Source of the DNA: Steroidobacteraceae bacterium
GTDB lineage: Bacteria > Pseudomonadota > Gammaproteobacteria > Steroidobacterales > Steroidobacteraceae
Assembly (NCBI GenBank): GCA_050738715.1
Contig: JBOHZW010000127.1
Coordinates: 1-27,219, forward strand
Length of the DNA: 27,219 nucleotides
Direction of reading: 5' to 3'
Positions within the stretch are counted from its first letter, which is position 1. Every line of letters starts with the position of its first letter. The position numbers were made by a program, and so were the translations under genes. Shown piece by piece: positions 9,201 to 17,274 of the stretch. Below the pieces are notes generated by a model. That model made no database searches, had not been told where the DNA came from, and saw only the letters and a program-made list of their open reading frames with translations.

Positions 9201-9975
9201 CATCGATGAAACGATCGCGATGGTCACGGAACGCGTAGCCGCCGGAAATATCTACGTCAACCGCAACATCATCGGCGCCGTCGTCGGCGTGCAACCCTTC
9301 GGCGGTAACGGCTTGTCGGGCACCGGACCAAAGGCCGGCGGACCGCTGTACCTGAAGCGGCTTTGCCCGGTGCGCATTCCGCCCGGCGCATTGGCCGCAG
9401 GAACAGCGGTCCCGGCGGTGATGCGTGAGTACATCCAATACTTGCAACAGCAAAAGCTCGAATCCATTGCAGTGCGCGTGGCCGCATACGCGAACTGCAG
9501 TCGCGCCGGCGAATTCCGCGAGCTGCCAGGGCCGGTGGGCGAACGAAACGTCTACGTGCTGAAGCCGCGTGGCCGGATACTGGTGTTAGCCGCCGCGCAG
9601 GATGCGCTGCTCATGCAAATCGGCGCGGCACTCGCAACGGGCAATGTCGCGCTCGTCGAGAAAAACAATGCTGCTGCAAAGATCCTCGCGCACTTGCCGG
9701 CGAGCGTGGCGGCGCGCATTCAAAGCGTCGCACACTGGCAGGACGCGCAGAACCTTGCCGCCATTCTTCACGTCGGCGACCGCGAATCATTGCAGGAACT
9801 GAACCGTGTTGTCGCGCGGCGCGCCGGGCCGATTGTCCTCGTGCAGGGCGCATCGGTTGCGGGCTTTAGCGACGGCAGCGAAGACTACGCGCTCGAGCCA
9901 CTGCTCGAGGAAGTGAGCGTCAGCACCAACACTGCCGCTGCGGGCGGCAATGCAAACCTGATGACGATCGGATAA
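6214..9975 (+). CDS. putA: bifunctional proline dehydrogenase / L-glutamate-gamma-semialdehyde dehydrogenase PutA (no N-terminal RHH domain)
   Basis: EGVALMCLAEALLRIPD, GISVKLSALHPRY, RLVKGAYWDSEIK, YLVRRLLENGANTSF, AETGGQN, FDSAGQRCSA, SGTGPKAGGP and C-terminal NTAAAGGNA. ATG 6214 overlaps the LysR stop (TGATG). Confidence 0.96.
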   Translation: MRAPIDNGGPVAAPFQQFFADIHAQVALRARITAACRAPEPECVAALLPGATLPEPQANAARLLARELVVALRRKKQDGGGGVAGLIHEYSLSSQEGVALMCLAEALLRIPDSATRDALIRDKISTADWQAHLGNSPSLFVNAATWGLLITGKLTTTSSEGGLTAAITRLIGKGGEPLIRKGVDLGLRMMGEQFVTGQTIAEALENSRAMEAKGFRYSYDCLGEAATTAADAERYFRDYEAAIHAIGTASNGRGIYEGPGISVKLSALHPRYSRAQYARVMDELLPRLSSLVLLARQYDIALNIDAEESDRLEISLDLLEALCADPHLAGWNGIGFVLQAYQKRCPHVIAWIIELARRTQHRLMVRLVKGAYWDSEIKRAQVDGLADFPVYTRKIHTDVSYLSCARLLLAAPDAVFPQFATHNAHTLSTVMQMGGGNFYAGQYEFQCLHGMGEPLYEEVVGEEKLRRPCRIYAPVGTHETLLAYLVRRLLENGANTSFVNRIADEDVSIDELVEDPVDIARAINPLGAPHPKIALPGDIFGAERRNSTGLDLSSEQTLAALAVGIRAELGDTQVAVPQVAVPQVAVPLVAGHAPRANGAAGVRELRNPADRRDLVGQVTYATAEDIDAACAAAQIVAREWAATQPAARAQMLARAADLMEARTPALMALIVREAGKSLPNAVSEIREAVDFLRYYGVQVCIPAGEGANGAASGVPLGPIACISPWNFPLAIFTGQVAAALAAGNPVLAKPAEETPLIAAAAVRLLREAGIPEAVVQLLPGAGEVGAALVADARVCGVMFTGSTAVARLIQRQLADRLSAAGTPVPLIAETGGQNALIVDSSALPEQVVYDVLASAFDSAGQRCSALRILCLQEDIADHVLTMLKGALRELQVGNPDRLTTDVGPVITDEARATITAHIDTMRKRGHAVEQLPLPAAAALGTFVPPTMIEINRIGDVEREVFGPVLHVLRYERADLPALIDAINATGYALTFGLHTRIDETIAMVTERVAAGNIYVNRNIIGAVVGVQPFGGNGLSGTGPKAGGPLYLKRLCPVRIPPGALAAGTAVPAVMREYIQYLQQQKLESIAVRVAAYANCSRAGEFRELPGPVGERNVYVLKPRGRILVLAAAQDALLMQIGAALATGNVALVEKNNAAAKILAHLPASVAARIQSVAHWQDAQNLAAILHVGDRESLQELNRVVARRAGPIVLVQGASVAGFSDGSEDYALEPLLEEVSVSTNTAAAGGNANLMTIG
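7930..7983 (+). repeat. in-frame 15-bp tandem repeat (QVAVP x3 plus partial) in putA
   Basis: CAGGTCGCGGTGCCG CAGGTCGCGGTGCCG CAAGTCGCGGTGCCG TTGGTCGCG. Confidence 0.85.
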
Positions 9976-9978
9976 CGG

Positions 9979-11808
9979 CTAGACCAGATCCAGGTCCGCA
10001 TCGGCGATGCTCGCGCCACCGGTTCGCACGATGCGTGACAGTGCCAGCGCCTGTGGCAGCACGACCGCCGCGTAGCAGCGCGCGCTCTGCAGCTTGGCGC
10101 GCATGAACGCCGCGTCGTCGCGGGCGCCGCGACCGCTGAGCCGCAACGCCGCGATGTTCGCCGCGCGCGCCATCAACCATCCACCCAGCACGAAACCGCA
10201 CAGGCGCAGGTACGGCACGCTGACCGCATAGGCCACGGCTGGCACCGACTCCAGTTGCGACAGCAACATCGTGGTCGTCGCGCGCAGCGTGCTCACCGCT
10301 TCGCGCACCGCGGCGACAACCACCGGCAATTCGGCGCGCGCTGCGTCGCGGCCTGCATCGGCACCGATCTCACGCAACTCCGCCTCGATCTCATCGAGGA
10401 GCGCGCGCATCGCAGCGCCACCGTCGCGGCCCAGCTTGCGGCCCAGCAGGTCGTTCGCCTGGATCGCCGTCGTGCCCTCGTAAATCGTCGTGATGCGCAC
10501 GTCACGCAGGATTTGCGCGATCCCGGTCTCCTCGATATAGCCCATGCCGCCGTGCACCTGCAGCGCTTGCGAAATGAGCTCGAACGCGTATTCGGTGCAC
10601 CAACCCTTGACGATCGGAATCAGCAATTCGCCGCGCAGCAGCGCGATGCGTTGCGCCTTCTCACTGGGCAGCGCTTCCGAAAAATCGAACTGCAGTGCCG
10701 CGTACAATGCCAGCGCGCGCATCGCCTCGATCGAGGCGCGCATCGACAGCAGCATCCGCGCCACGTCAGGATGTCGAATGATCGGCTGCGTTCCGCCGCC
10801 AGCCTTTGCACCAGCGCCGTCGGCCACTGCGACAGGGCGGCCCTGCACGCGATTTCGCGCCCAGTCGCTTGCGCGCTGGAACGCGGCTTCTGCGAGACCA
10901 ACGCCCTGGAATCCCATCGCGAGCCGCGCGGCGTTCATCATGATGAACATGTACTCGAGTCCGCGATTCGCCGCGCCGACGAGATAACCCCTGGCACCAC
11001 CCGCATCGCCGTATGCGAGCACGCAGGTGGGACTGGCACGAATGCCAAGCTTGTGTTCGATGGATACACAGCGCACGTCGTTGCGCGGTCCCGGCAGGCC
11101 GCGCGCGTCCGGCAGGATTTTCGGCACGAGGAACAACGACAGGCCCTTGACGCCGGCCGGTGCGCCATCGATCCGTGCGAGCACGAGGTGCACGATATTG
11201 GTGGTCATATCGTGATCGCCGTAGCTGATGAAGATTTTCTGGCCGGTGATCAGATAGTGATCACCCGCCGGCGCCGCGCGCATGCGGATCGCCGCGAGAT
11301 CCGACCCGGCCTGCGGCTCGGTCAGGTTCATCGTGCCCGACCATTCACCGCTCAACATGCGCGGCAGATAGGTTTTCTGCAGCTGCGAAGAACCCACGAG
11401 CAGCAGCGCCTCGATCGCGCCGCGCGAGAGCAGCGGGCAGAGCATTAAAGCGACATTGCTGCTGCACCAGATTTCCTCGACCGCGCTTGCCAACACCAGC
11501 GGCGCACCCTGGCCACCGTGCGCGGTGTCGACGTTCAGCTGGGGCCAACCGCCCTGGACATATTTCCGGTAGGCATCGCGGAAACCGGCCGGCATGCGCA
11601 CGCCGTCGGCCGTCCACTGGGCGCCTTCGCGGTCACCTGGCTGGTTCAGGGGGCTAAGTACCTCGGCGCCGAAACGCCCGGCCTCCTCCAGCACGGCCTC
11701 GGCGGTTTCCAGTGAAAAATCAGAGTATTTGCGCAGGCGCGCGAGCGCGCCGGCCTCAAGCAGCTGCTCGAGCACAAAGCGCAATTCGGCAATGGGAACG
11801 CGGTACAC
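9979..11808 (-). CDS. acyl-CoA dehydrogenase (about 600-aa DmdC/FadE5-like class)
   Basis: GTMNLTEPQAGSDL, ITGQKIFIS, HKLGIRASPT, MNAARL, QVHGGMGYIEE and IYEGTTAIQA motifs; GTG start. Confidence 0.93.
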   Translation of the reverse strand: MYRVPIAELRFVLEQLLEAGALARLRKYSDFSLETAEAVLEEAGRFGAEVLSPLNQPGDREGAQWTADGVRMPAGFRDAYRKYVQGGWPQLNVDTAHGGQGAPLVLASAVEEIWCSSNVALMLCPLLSRGAIEALLLVGSSQLQKTYLPRMLSGEWSGTMNLTEPQAGSDLAAIRMRAAPAGDHYLITGQKIFISYGDHDMTTNIVHLVLARIDGAPAGVKGLSLFLVPKILPDARGLPGPRNDVRCVSIEHKLGIRASPTCVLAYGDAGGARGYLVGAANRGLEYMFIMMNAARLAMGFQGVGLAEAAFQRASDWARNRVQGRPVAVADGAGAKAGGGTQPIIRHPDVARMLLSMRASIEAMRALALYAALQFDFSEALPSEKAQRIALLRGELLIPIVKGWCTEYAFELISQALQVHGGMGYIEETGIAQILRDVRITTIYEGTTAIQANDLLGRKLGRDGGAAMRALLDEIEAELREIGADAGRDAARAELPVVVAAVREAVSTLRATTTMLLSQLESVPAVAYAVSVPYLRLCGFVLGGWLMARAANIAALRLSGRGARDDAAFMRAKLQSARCYAAVVLPQALALSRIVRTGGASIADADLDLV

Positions 11809-11823
11809 GCGTGAATTATGACA
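11806..11823 (-). promoter_or_regulatory. putative extended -10 promoter directly upstream of the acyl-CoA dehydrogenase start (leaderless)
   Basis: Minus strand reads TGT-CATAAT-TCACGC-GTG, with no Shine-Dalgarno. Confidence 0.5.
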
Positions 11824-11904
11824 ACTCTTGCGAATTCCTGCCGCCGCCGTGGAACGGGAGTAGCGTCACGGCGACATTTGGCCGCCTGCCGCATGATCGG
11901 CAAC

Positions 11905-13077
11905 ATGTCCCTACTGTCGGAGAAAATTGCCTCGACCGCGTCCACGTCGTCCAGCACGCGGCGTCGACACGTCCCGGAAGACCTGGGCCGGGCGCTGCTG
12001 CTCGCGCTGGGACCGTGGCGCGCGCAGTCGTTTTCGCTGCATGACTCCGCCGGTGAAACGCTCTGGTTGAGCGCTGGCTCGATGGGGCCGGACGAGCACG
12101 GTTACGTACTCGCAGCGCTCGATGTTTTCACGCTCGAGCCCAATCGCGGCTGCATCCATCGCAAGCTCGACGATGGCCGCCGCGCACTGTTCCTGGCCGC
12201 GCGCGATCCACTCGGCGGATGCAGCGGCGTGGGTCTCGCATTCATCGAAGGCGGTGCGGTCGATGACACGCGCGTCGTCACACCGGCGGTGCGCGCGCTG
12301 ATGCTGCGGTTCGCAATGCTGGTCGCACCGCAGTCCGACAAACGTACTGCGGCAACACTCCCGGCGCCCGATAACGAAGGCACGATGCCGTTCGAACTTC
12401 CCGACAACACACCGATCCGCGCCCGCGCGTACACGCGCTTACAGCACGGCAGCGGGATCCGGCGCTTCGAGATGTCGGTCGCGCCAGTCGGCGCGCAGCA
12501 TGATGCCGCGGTCTTCGAGCGGCTCGTCGAATGGCTCGGGCTGCATCGGCAGCGCTACGCCGGCAAGCCTTCCAGCTTTGCGCTGGCGATCTCCGCGGCC
12601 TCGGTGTTCGACCGCGGCTTCGCGCAGCGCGTCGAGCACTGCCTGAAACGGCACGACGTCGATGAAGGACTCGTGATGCTGATCCTGCCGGCCGCGGCCT
12701 GGGCCGCGCAACCCGACCACGCGCTGCCGCTGCTCGAACTGTGCGAACGACTCCACTGCCGCGTCGTGCTCGATGATTTCGTGCTCAACGATGCGGCGCT
12801 CAAGCTGCTGCGCTGCAAGGCCATCCGCATGCTGAAGCTCAATCCCCACCTGACCGCCGAGGCGATGCAGGATCGCTATCCGCGCGCGCTGCTCTCGGCG
12901 TGCACGCACATTGCGCGCGTGCTGGGCATCCACTGCGTCGCGAAGCGAGTCACATCGAGCACCGCCGCGCGCTGGCTGGCGGCGGCGGGCGTTGATTACA
13001 TCGATCCGCTCAACGCCGCTGAAACAGGCGCTGCCATCACGACTTCCGAGACGGCGGGACTATCGCTGGTTTTCTAG
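11905..13077 (+). CDS. protein with a degenerate C-terminal EAL domain
   Basis: C-terminal CRVVLDDF, IRMLKLNP, IARVLGIHCVAKRV and AGVDY follow the EAL pattern, but EAL/ExL, AEGVE and QG are absent. Start uncertain (ATG 11818, 11893 or 11905). Confidence 0.72.
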   Translation: MSLLSEKIASTASTSSSTRRRHVPEDLGRALLLALGPWRAQSFSLHDSAGETLWLSAGSMGPDEHGYVLAALDVFTLEPNRGCIHRKLDDGRRALFLAARDPLGGCSGVGLAFIEGGAVDDTRVVTPAVRALMLRFAMLVAPQSDKRTAATLPAPDNEGTMPFELPDNTPIRARAYTRLQHGSGIRRFEMSVAPVGAQHDAAVFERLVEWLGLHRQRYAGKPSSFALAISAASVFDRGFAQRVEHCLKRHDVDEGLVMLILPAAAWAAQPDHALPLLELCERLHCRVVLDDFVLNDAALKLLRCKAIRMLKLNPHLTAEAMQDRYPRALLSACTHIARVLGIHCVAKRVTSSTAARWLAAAGVDYIDPLNAAETGAAITTSETAGLSLVF

Positions 13078-13339
13078 TTGGCACGTGTGGATTGGGCGTG
13101 CCAGTCTTGCGCCCGTAAGGGTCATGGCCCGCGGTGCGCGAAGGCGGCCCGGCCGGCCCGCGCGATGATCGCGGCGGCACCTTGACGCCGCTGTCCCTAC
13201 CGGATTTCAGGCCTGGTTTGACTTCATCCTCAAGCTTCAAATCGGACACGTCGAGCCGCCGCAGCAGGCGCGATGTGGCATCGATCGCATGCCTGCCGGA
13301 TTCGACAGCCCGTTGCCACAACGCTTTCTTGTCGGTCAC
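13037..13339 (-). CDS. small hypothetical protein (100 aa), coupled to the DUF4139 gene
   Basis: GTG at 13339 overlaps the upstream TGA (GTGA). Protein-like sequence MTDKKALWQRAVESGRHAIDATSRLLRRLDVSDLKLEDEVK...HDPYG fills an otherwise empty 260-bp gap and overlaps the EAL gene end by 41 bp. Confidence 0.55.
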   Translation of the reverse strand: MTDKKALWQRAVESGRHAIDATSRLLRRLDVSDLKLEDEVKPGLKSGRDSGVKVPPRSSRGPAGPPSRTAGHDPYGRKTGTPNPHVPTRKPAIVPPSRKS

Positions 13340-14865
13340 CAACTGTAGTGCGTCCGATAACGAACCACGGTCGTGCCGTCCTTCGGCACCGTGACGTTGA
13401 AGTGGATGAGCTGCGCGCTGTCCTGCACGTACTCGTGCGAATGAGTCAGCACTTTCCAGTTGGACCATCGGTACATCGGCTCGCGCACCTGCACATCGAC
13501 CGGCTGGGCCTTGTGATTGCGCAGCGTAACCTCGATTTCCTCCTCGATCCAGCGGGCTTTGCTGTCAACCTTGTAGTCCACCTGCCGGCGCTCGCCCACG
13601 ACGTCGAACGCGCTGCCAAGTTTCAGCCGCACGCTTTCGTCCTTAGGCGTGTGGCCGATGGCGTCTTCGCCGATGAATTCGAGGCTCCCATCCGCGCTGT
13701 CGATGCGCGCGACGCGCACGCGTCCGGCCGGAAGCGGCACGCCCAGACCCGAGGCCGAATCGTTGCGGAACTCCAGGTATGTTTCGACCTTGGTGTTCGC
13801 GGCAAAACCGGGATCGCGCCCGGTGTAGGGCGCACCGAATGTCGGCGAGCCCAGCGCGTCGTAGATCAGCAGGCGCTTTGCCGGAATCTGCCGCGCGCGC
13901 TCGAAGAGCTCGATCTGCTTGGTTGAATTGTTCGGCAGAGTCGTCGTGCGGCCAAGCGTATACAGGTGGAATTCGTCGAAGGGCTTCTCGGCAAATCCGG
14001 CATCTTCAGCGGCCGCAGCCATCATCGGCGTGTCCATTTTTACCGCCCTGCGAGTTGACGGCTGCACGCGATTGACATCGCCGGCGACGAGTTTCAGTCG
14101 CGCGTCCTTGAACGTCGCGCCCGATTGGTTGATGACACTCACCCACGCCGACAGGTCGAGCATGCCGCTGTTCGCGTCGCGCCCTTCATTGAAGACGACG
14201 TTGTAGTCGGCCCACCAGGTGATGCCGCCAGTCTGGTAAGTCACGCGCGCGCGTTGCGTGCCGTTGACCGGGGAACTCAGTTCCCACACCAGCGTCGGCT
14301 GCGTGATCAGGCCGCCGGGCAGGTCCGGGAATTTCACCGCCGAATAACCGTTCAGCGCGTGTACGCTGCCGTCGGCGCTGCGCAGCACGATGCCGTCGTC
14401 GGCCGACAGCAGCGTGCCTGAGACCGTCGACACTTCGTTGCCGACGCTGTGCTCGACGCTGATGTCGCGATCCAGGTAACGCAGCAAAAGCTTCGCCGTG
14501 CTGACGAGATCGAACTGGAAATTCTGCTCAAGCACGCGCACACCCGGATTCGCAGGCACGCTGAAGGTCACCGTGGTCGGATCGATGAGTCCCGCGACGT
14601 CGCTGAAGCGCAATGTCGAATGGCCGGAACTCAACTGCACGTCACGATCCTGCCGAACCATCGCGTAGCCTGGCACTGAAGATGCCGGTGGCACCGAACC
14701 GCCTGGCACCGGGCGGTAGAAATCCGCAGAGATGGCGCCGGGTTGTTGGGAGCTGTAGATGGTCAGCGCGGATTCATCGGGCTGTGCCGCCGCAACGCCG
14801 GCGGCGAAAGCGCACGCTGCTGTGGCCAGCGCGTTGCGTCGCCATGATTGTCGCGAATTTCTCAT
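13336..14865 (-). CDS. DUF4139 domain-containing secreted protein
   Basis: Signal peptide; LTIYS, VLEQNFQFDL, YQTGGITWWADY, LVAGDVNRV, LGVPLPAGRVR, FIGEDAIGHTP and LGSAFDV motifs. GAAGGA RBS before ATG 14865. Confidence 0.85.
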   Translation of the reverse strand: MRNSRQSWRRNALATAACAFAAGVAAAQPDESALTIYSSQQPGAISADFYRPVPGGSVPPASSVPGYAMVRQDRDVQLSSGHSTLRFSDVAGLIDPTTVTFSVPANPGVRVLEQNFQFDLVSTAKLLLRYLDRDISVEHSVGNEVSTVSGTLLSADDGIVLRSADGSVHALNGYSAVKFPDLPGGLITQPTLVWELSSPVNGTQRARVTYQTGGITWWADYNVVFNEGRDANSGMLDLSAWVSVINQSGATFKDARLKLVAGDVNRVQPSTRRAVKMDTPMMAAAAEDAGFAEKPFDEFHLYTLGRTTTLPNNSTKQIELFERARQIPAKRLLIYDALGSPTFGAPYTGRDPGFAANTKVETYLEFRNDSASGLGVPLPAGRVRVARIDSADGSLEFIGEDAIGHTPKDESVRLKLGSAFDVVGERRQVDYKVDSKARWIEEEIEVTLRNHKAQPVDVQVREPMYRWSNWKVLTHSHEYVQDSAQLIHFNVTVPKDGTTVVRYRTHYSW

Positions 14866-14924
14866 CTGGGTTCCTTCAGTTGGCCGAGCGGATGGTGGTG
14901 TGTTTTTGACCCTCAAGCCCCTCG

Positions 14925-14945
14925 AAAGTGCGACGCAGTTCGCAT
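14925..14945. promoter_or_regulatory. CRP/Vfr/Clp-like palindromic site TGCGA-N6-TCGCA
   Basis: AAAGTGCGACGCAGTTCGCAT in the divergent intergenic region; symmetric variant of the CRP consensus TGTGA-N6-TCACA. Confidence 0.4.
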
Positions 14946-15166
14946 CGGCCGAAGGCGAAGCGCGAACTGTGATCACCAGCCATGCGCGCCTCACGGGCTG
15001 CGGGCACGATATAGCGGTCTCAAGGTCGTTATGGCACATCCTACCTAAAATGCGTACCGCGCCCCTCGTCACGCCGCCTCCGGGCGCTACCGCGGCCGCC
15101 GGTGCGGCCGGTTCAAACGCCACTACGGCGCGGCACGCGATTCCGGCGATACCGCAGTCGATGCCC

Positions 15167-15865
15167 ATGGACCGGGATTTCATCCTCAAGAACCAGATTG
15201 CCGAGCGCTACCTGGCGGGCCGTTTGCCGATTCGTGGCGCGCAGGATTTCGAACGCTACTGCCGCGAGCATCCCGAGTTGATCGACCAGTTGGGCCTGGC
15301 CGAACGCGTGCACGCCGGCTTGCGCCTGCTCGAGGCTGGCGGCATCGCGCCACCGTGGGAAGTGCCTGCCCGCAAATGGTGGGAAAAACTTTCGATCATG
15401 CTCGCCGCGATCGCGCTGGCGTTGATTGCCGTGATCGCCGTGATGGTCATGTGGGGAAAACTCGCCGGTCGCGATGCGAACATCGCCTCGCTCCAGCATG
15501 CCGTCGCCGAGCAACCACTCGAGCCGGCAACCAGCACGCGCTCCATCAAGCTCGTGCCCAGCCGCACCGCACCGTCACGGCGCGCTGCCGTCACGTTGGG
15601 CGGCGGCGGCGGCGCGCAGATGGCCGACCTGAAGATTGACATGTCATGGTCGAAGTTCACCGCGTTCCGCGTCACGATCGACCGCCAGGACCAGGGCCGC
15701 GTCGCAGTGCTCAACTACATGCTGCGCGATTCGAATGGCGATCTGCATCTCGCGCTGAACAATACCGCGTTCGGCCCCGGCGCCTACGAATTCGCGATCG
15801 AAGGACTCTCACTGCGCGGTGATGCTATCGCGCAGGCGTGGATCACCGTAGAGATCGCGCACTGA
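15167..15865 (+). CDS. hypothetical single-pass membrane protein with anti-sigma-like layout
   Basis: Short helical N-domain (IAERYLAGRLP...FERYCREHP), one TM helix LSIMLAAIALALIAVIAVMVMWG, short coiled segment and beta-rich C-terminal domain. Start ATG 15161 or 15167. Confidence 0.7.
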   Translation: MDRDFILKNQIAERYLAGRLPIRGAQDFERYCREHPELIDQLGLAERVHAGLRLLEAGGIAPPWEVPARKWWEKLSIMLAAIALALIAVIAVMVMWGKLAGRDANIASLQHAVAEQPLEPATSTRSIKLVPSRTAPSRRAAVTLGGGGGAQMADLKIDMSWSKFTAFRVTIDRQDQGRVAVLNYMLRDSNGDLHLALNNTAFGPGAYEFAIEGLSLRGDAIAQAWITVEIAH

Positions 15866-15882
15866 GCGCGCACTGAGCGCGC
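15856..15882. repeat. 11-bp tandem duplication spanning a stop codon
   Basis: CGCGCACTGAG CGCGCACTGAG CGCGC. Confidence 0.75.
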
Positions 15883-15912
15883 CCGTCGCGTCAGCCGGCG
15901 TTTCCGCCCCGA

Positions 15913-17274
15913 TCACGGCGCGGCGTACAACTTCGCAGCAGCCGTAGCGTCCATTGGATGGCCCACGAACTTCAGCGCCTGCGCCAGCGCCGGATCGCGC
16001 CCGACACTCATGTCCTGTGCGGTCGGCAGGACGATGAAATCGGGCGTCACTCCCGACTTTTCCAGCCGTCCGTGATCGGACATCTCGACGTCGGAGACCG
16101 TGACAGACGTGCCGTAGACCACCACATTCTCGCCACTGTTCACCTCGAGCGGTATCTCGTTCGCTTCCATCACCGCTCCGCTCGTCGTATCGCCGATCAC
16201 GGTGCCCCGATCGGTGAGTTGCATCGCGCGCGCGAACAATTCCGATGCGGACGCTGACTGCGCATCTACCAGCACCATGACGCGCCCGGTGTAGGCGTTC
16301 TTGCCAGTCCCCTTCACTACCCAGGGAGTCTTTGCGCTGCGGTGAATACGAGTGCCCAGCGTGAAATCGTCGGCATACAGTTCGCCCAGCAGCTCGTTCA
16401 AAGCCTCGCCGGCTCCACCAGGGTTGCCGCGCAAATCAAGGACCAGCGCTGCGCGGCCGTGCAGGTCGTGGAATCGCCGCCGCACTTCGCCGGCCGTGAG
16501 CAGGAACGAGGGCATGCGGATCAGCAGCACGTCCGGAATGCTGCGCACTGTCACGGGTTCGAGCCGCATCCAGTATTTCTCGTTCGCGCGTTCAATGCGC
16601 GACCAGTCCATGCCGCTCGATGCGCTGGAAATATCGAGCACCGCGTGCATCGCGTGCACCTTTGCGTCCAGGTCGAGCGTGCGCGCTTGGCCCGCCGGCG
16701 AAACGAGATCCGCGTGCAGCCCCGGCAGCGGATGCAGCGCGTTGAACAGGTATTCAAGGCGCCAGAGGTTGGCGCGCGTTGGCACGAATCCGTTGACGGC
16801 TTTCACCTGTTCACCGACTACGACGCCCTGGCGGGCCGCATCGCTTTTTGGATCGACCGCGATCACGTAGCAATCGCTACCTACGATACCCATCTGCCAA
16901 CCGTAGTCGGAAGCCACCGAGAGCCACGGCGGATTGAACGTGGTGTGCAGATCGTCGAGTTCCAGTTCGAACTGCGCGATGGCCGCCAAAGCGTCGGCGA
17001 CGGTGTTGGCTTTGCCAATGCGGTCCTTCGCCGTGCTCGCGAGCGCTGCGAGGTCGTGGCCTTTGAATGTCGGATCGAAATAGTGGGCCTCGATTGCCCG
17101 GTGCACGCCATCGAGCATCTGGTAGGCCGTGCGACGATCGGAATCGCTCATCCCTGCCGGCTGTGCGGCCGGCGTTGTCGCAGCTGCGAACGCCAGCATC
17201 ACGGTGACAGCGCCGAAGCAGGCGCGCGTGCGAAATCGGTTGGCGCGGTTGTACATCAAGGTGTTCCTCGGCAT
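15913..17274 (-). CDS. S41 family (tail-specific/C-terminal processing) peptidase with PDZ-like domain, secreted
   Basis: LDDLHT, LVLDLRGNPGG, catalytic SASASELFA, VIGDTTSG and GVTPD motifs; signal peptide. ATG overlaps the acylase stop (TGATG). Confidence 0.88.
   Translation of the reverse strand: MPRNTLMYNRANRFRTRACFGAVTVMLAFAAATTPAAQPAGMSDSDRRTAYQMLDGVHRAIEAHYFDPTFKGHDLAALASTAKDRIGKANTVADALAAIAQFELELDDLHTTFNPPWLSVASDYGWQMGIVGSDCYVIAVDPKSDAARQGVVVGEQVKAVNGFVPTRANLWRLEYLFNALHPLPGLHADLVSPAGQARTLDLDAKVHAMHAVLDISSASSGMDWSRIERANEKYWMRLEPVTVRSIPDVLLIRMPSFLLTAGEVRRRFHDLHGRAALVLDLRGNPGGAGEALNELLGELYADDFTLGTRIHRSAKTPWVVKGTGKNAYTGRVMVLVDAQSASASELFARAMQLTDRGTVIGDTTSGAVMEANEIPLEVNSGENVVVYGTSVTVSDVEMSDHGRLEKSGVTPDFIVLPTAQDMSVGRDPALAQALKFVGHPMDATAAAKLYAAP

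Noticed and set aside
13079..13103. TGGCACG...CGTGCCA inverted repeat as a sigma54 promoter or terminator
   Set aside because: No TTGC at the -12 position on either strand and no clear U-tract; it also lies within the putative small ORF.
14759..15189. Extended overlapping N-termini of the DUF4139 ORF (from 15189) and the membrane-protein ORF (from 14759)
   Set aside because: Signal peptide and RBS support ATG 14865, and protein-like sequence on the plus strand starts at 15161/15167. The gap is best read as a divergent promoter region.
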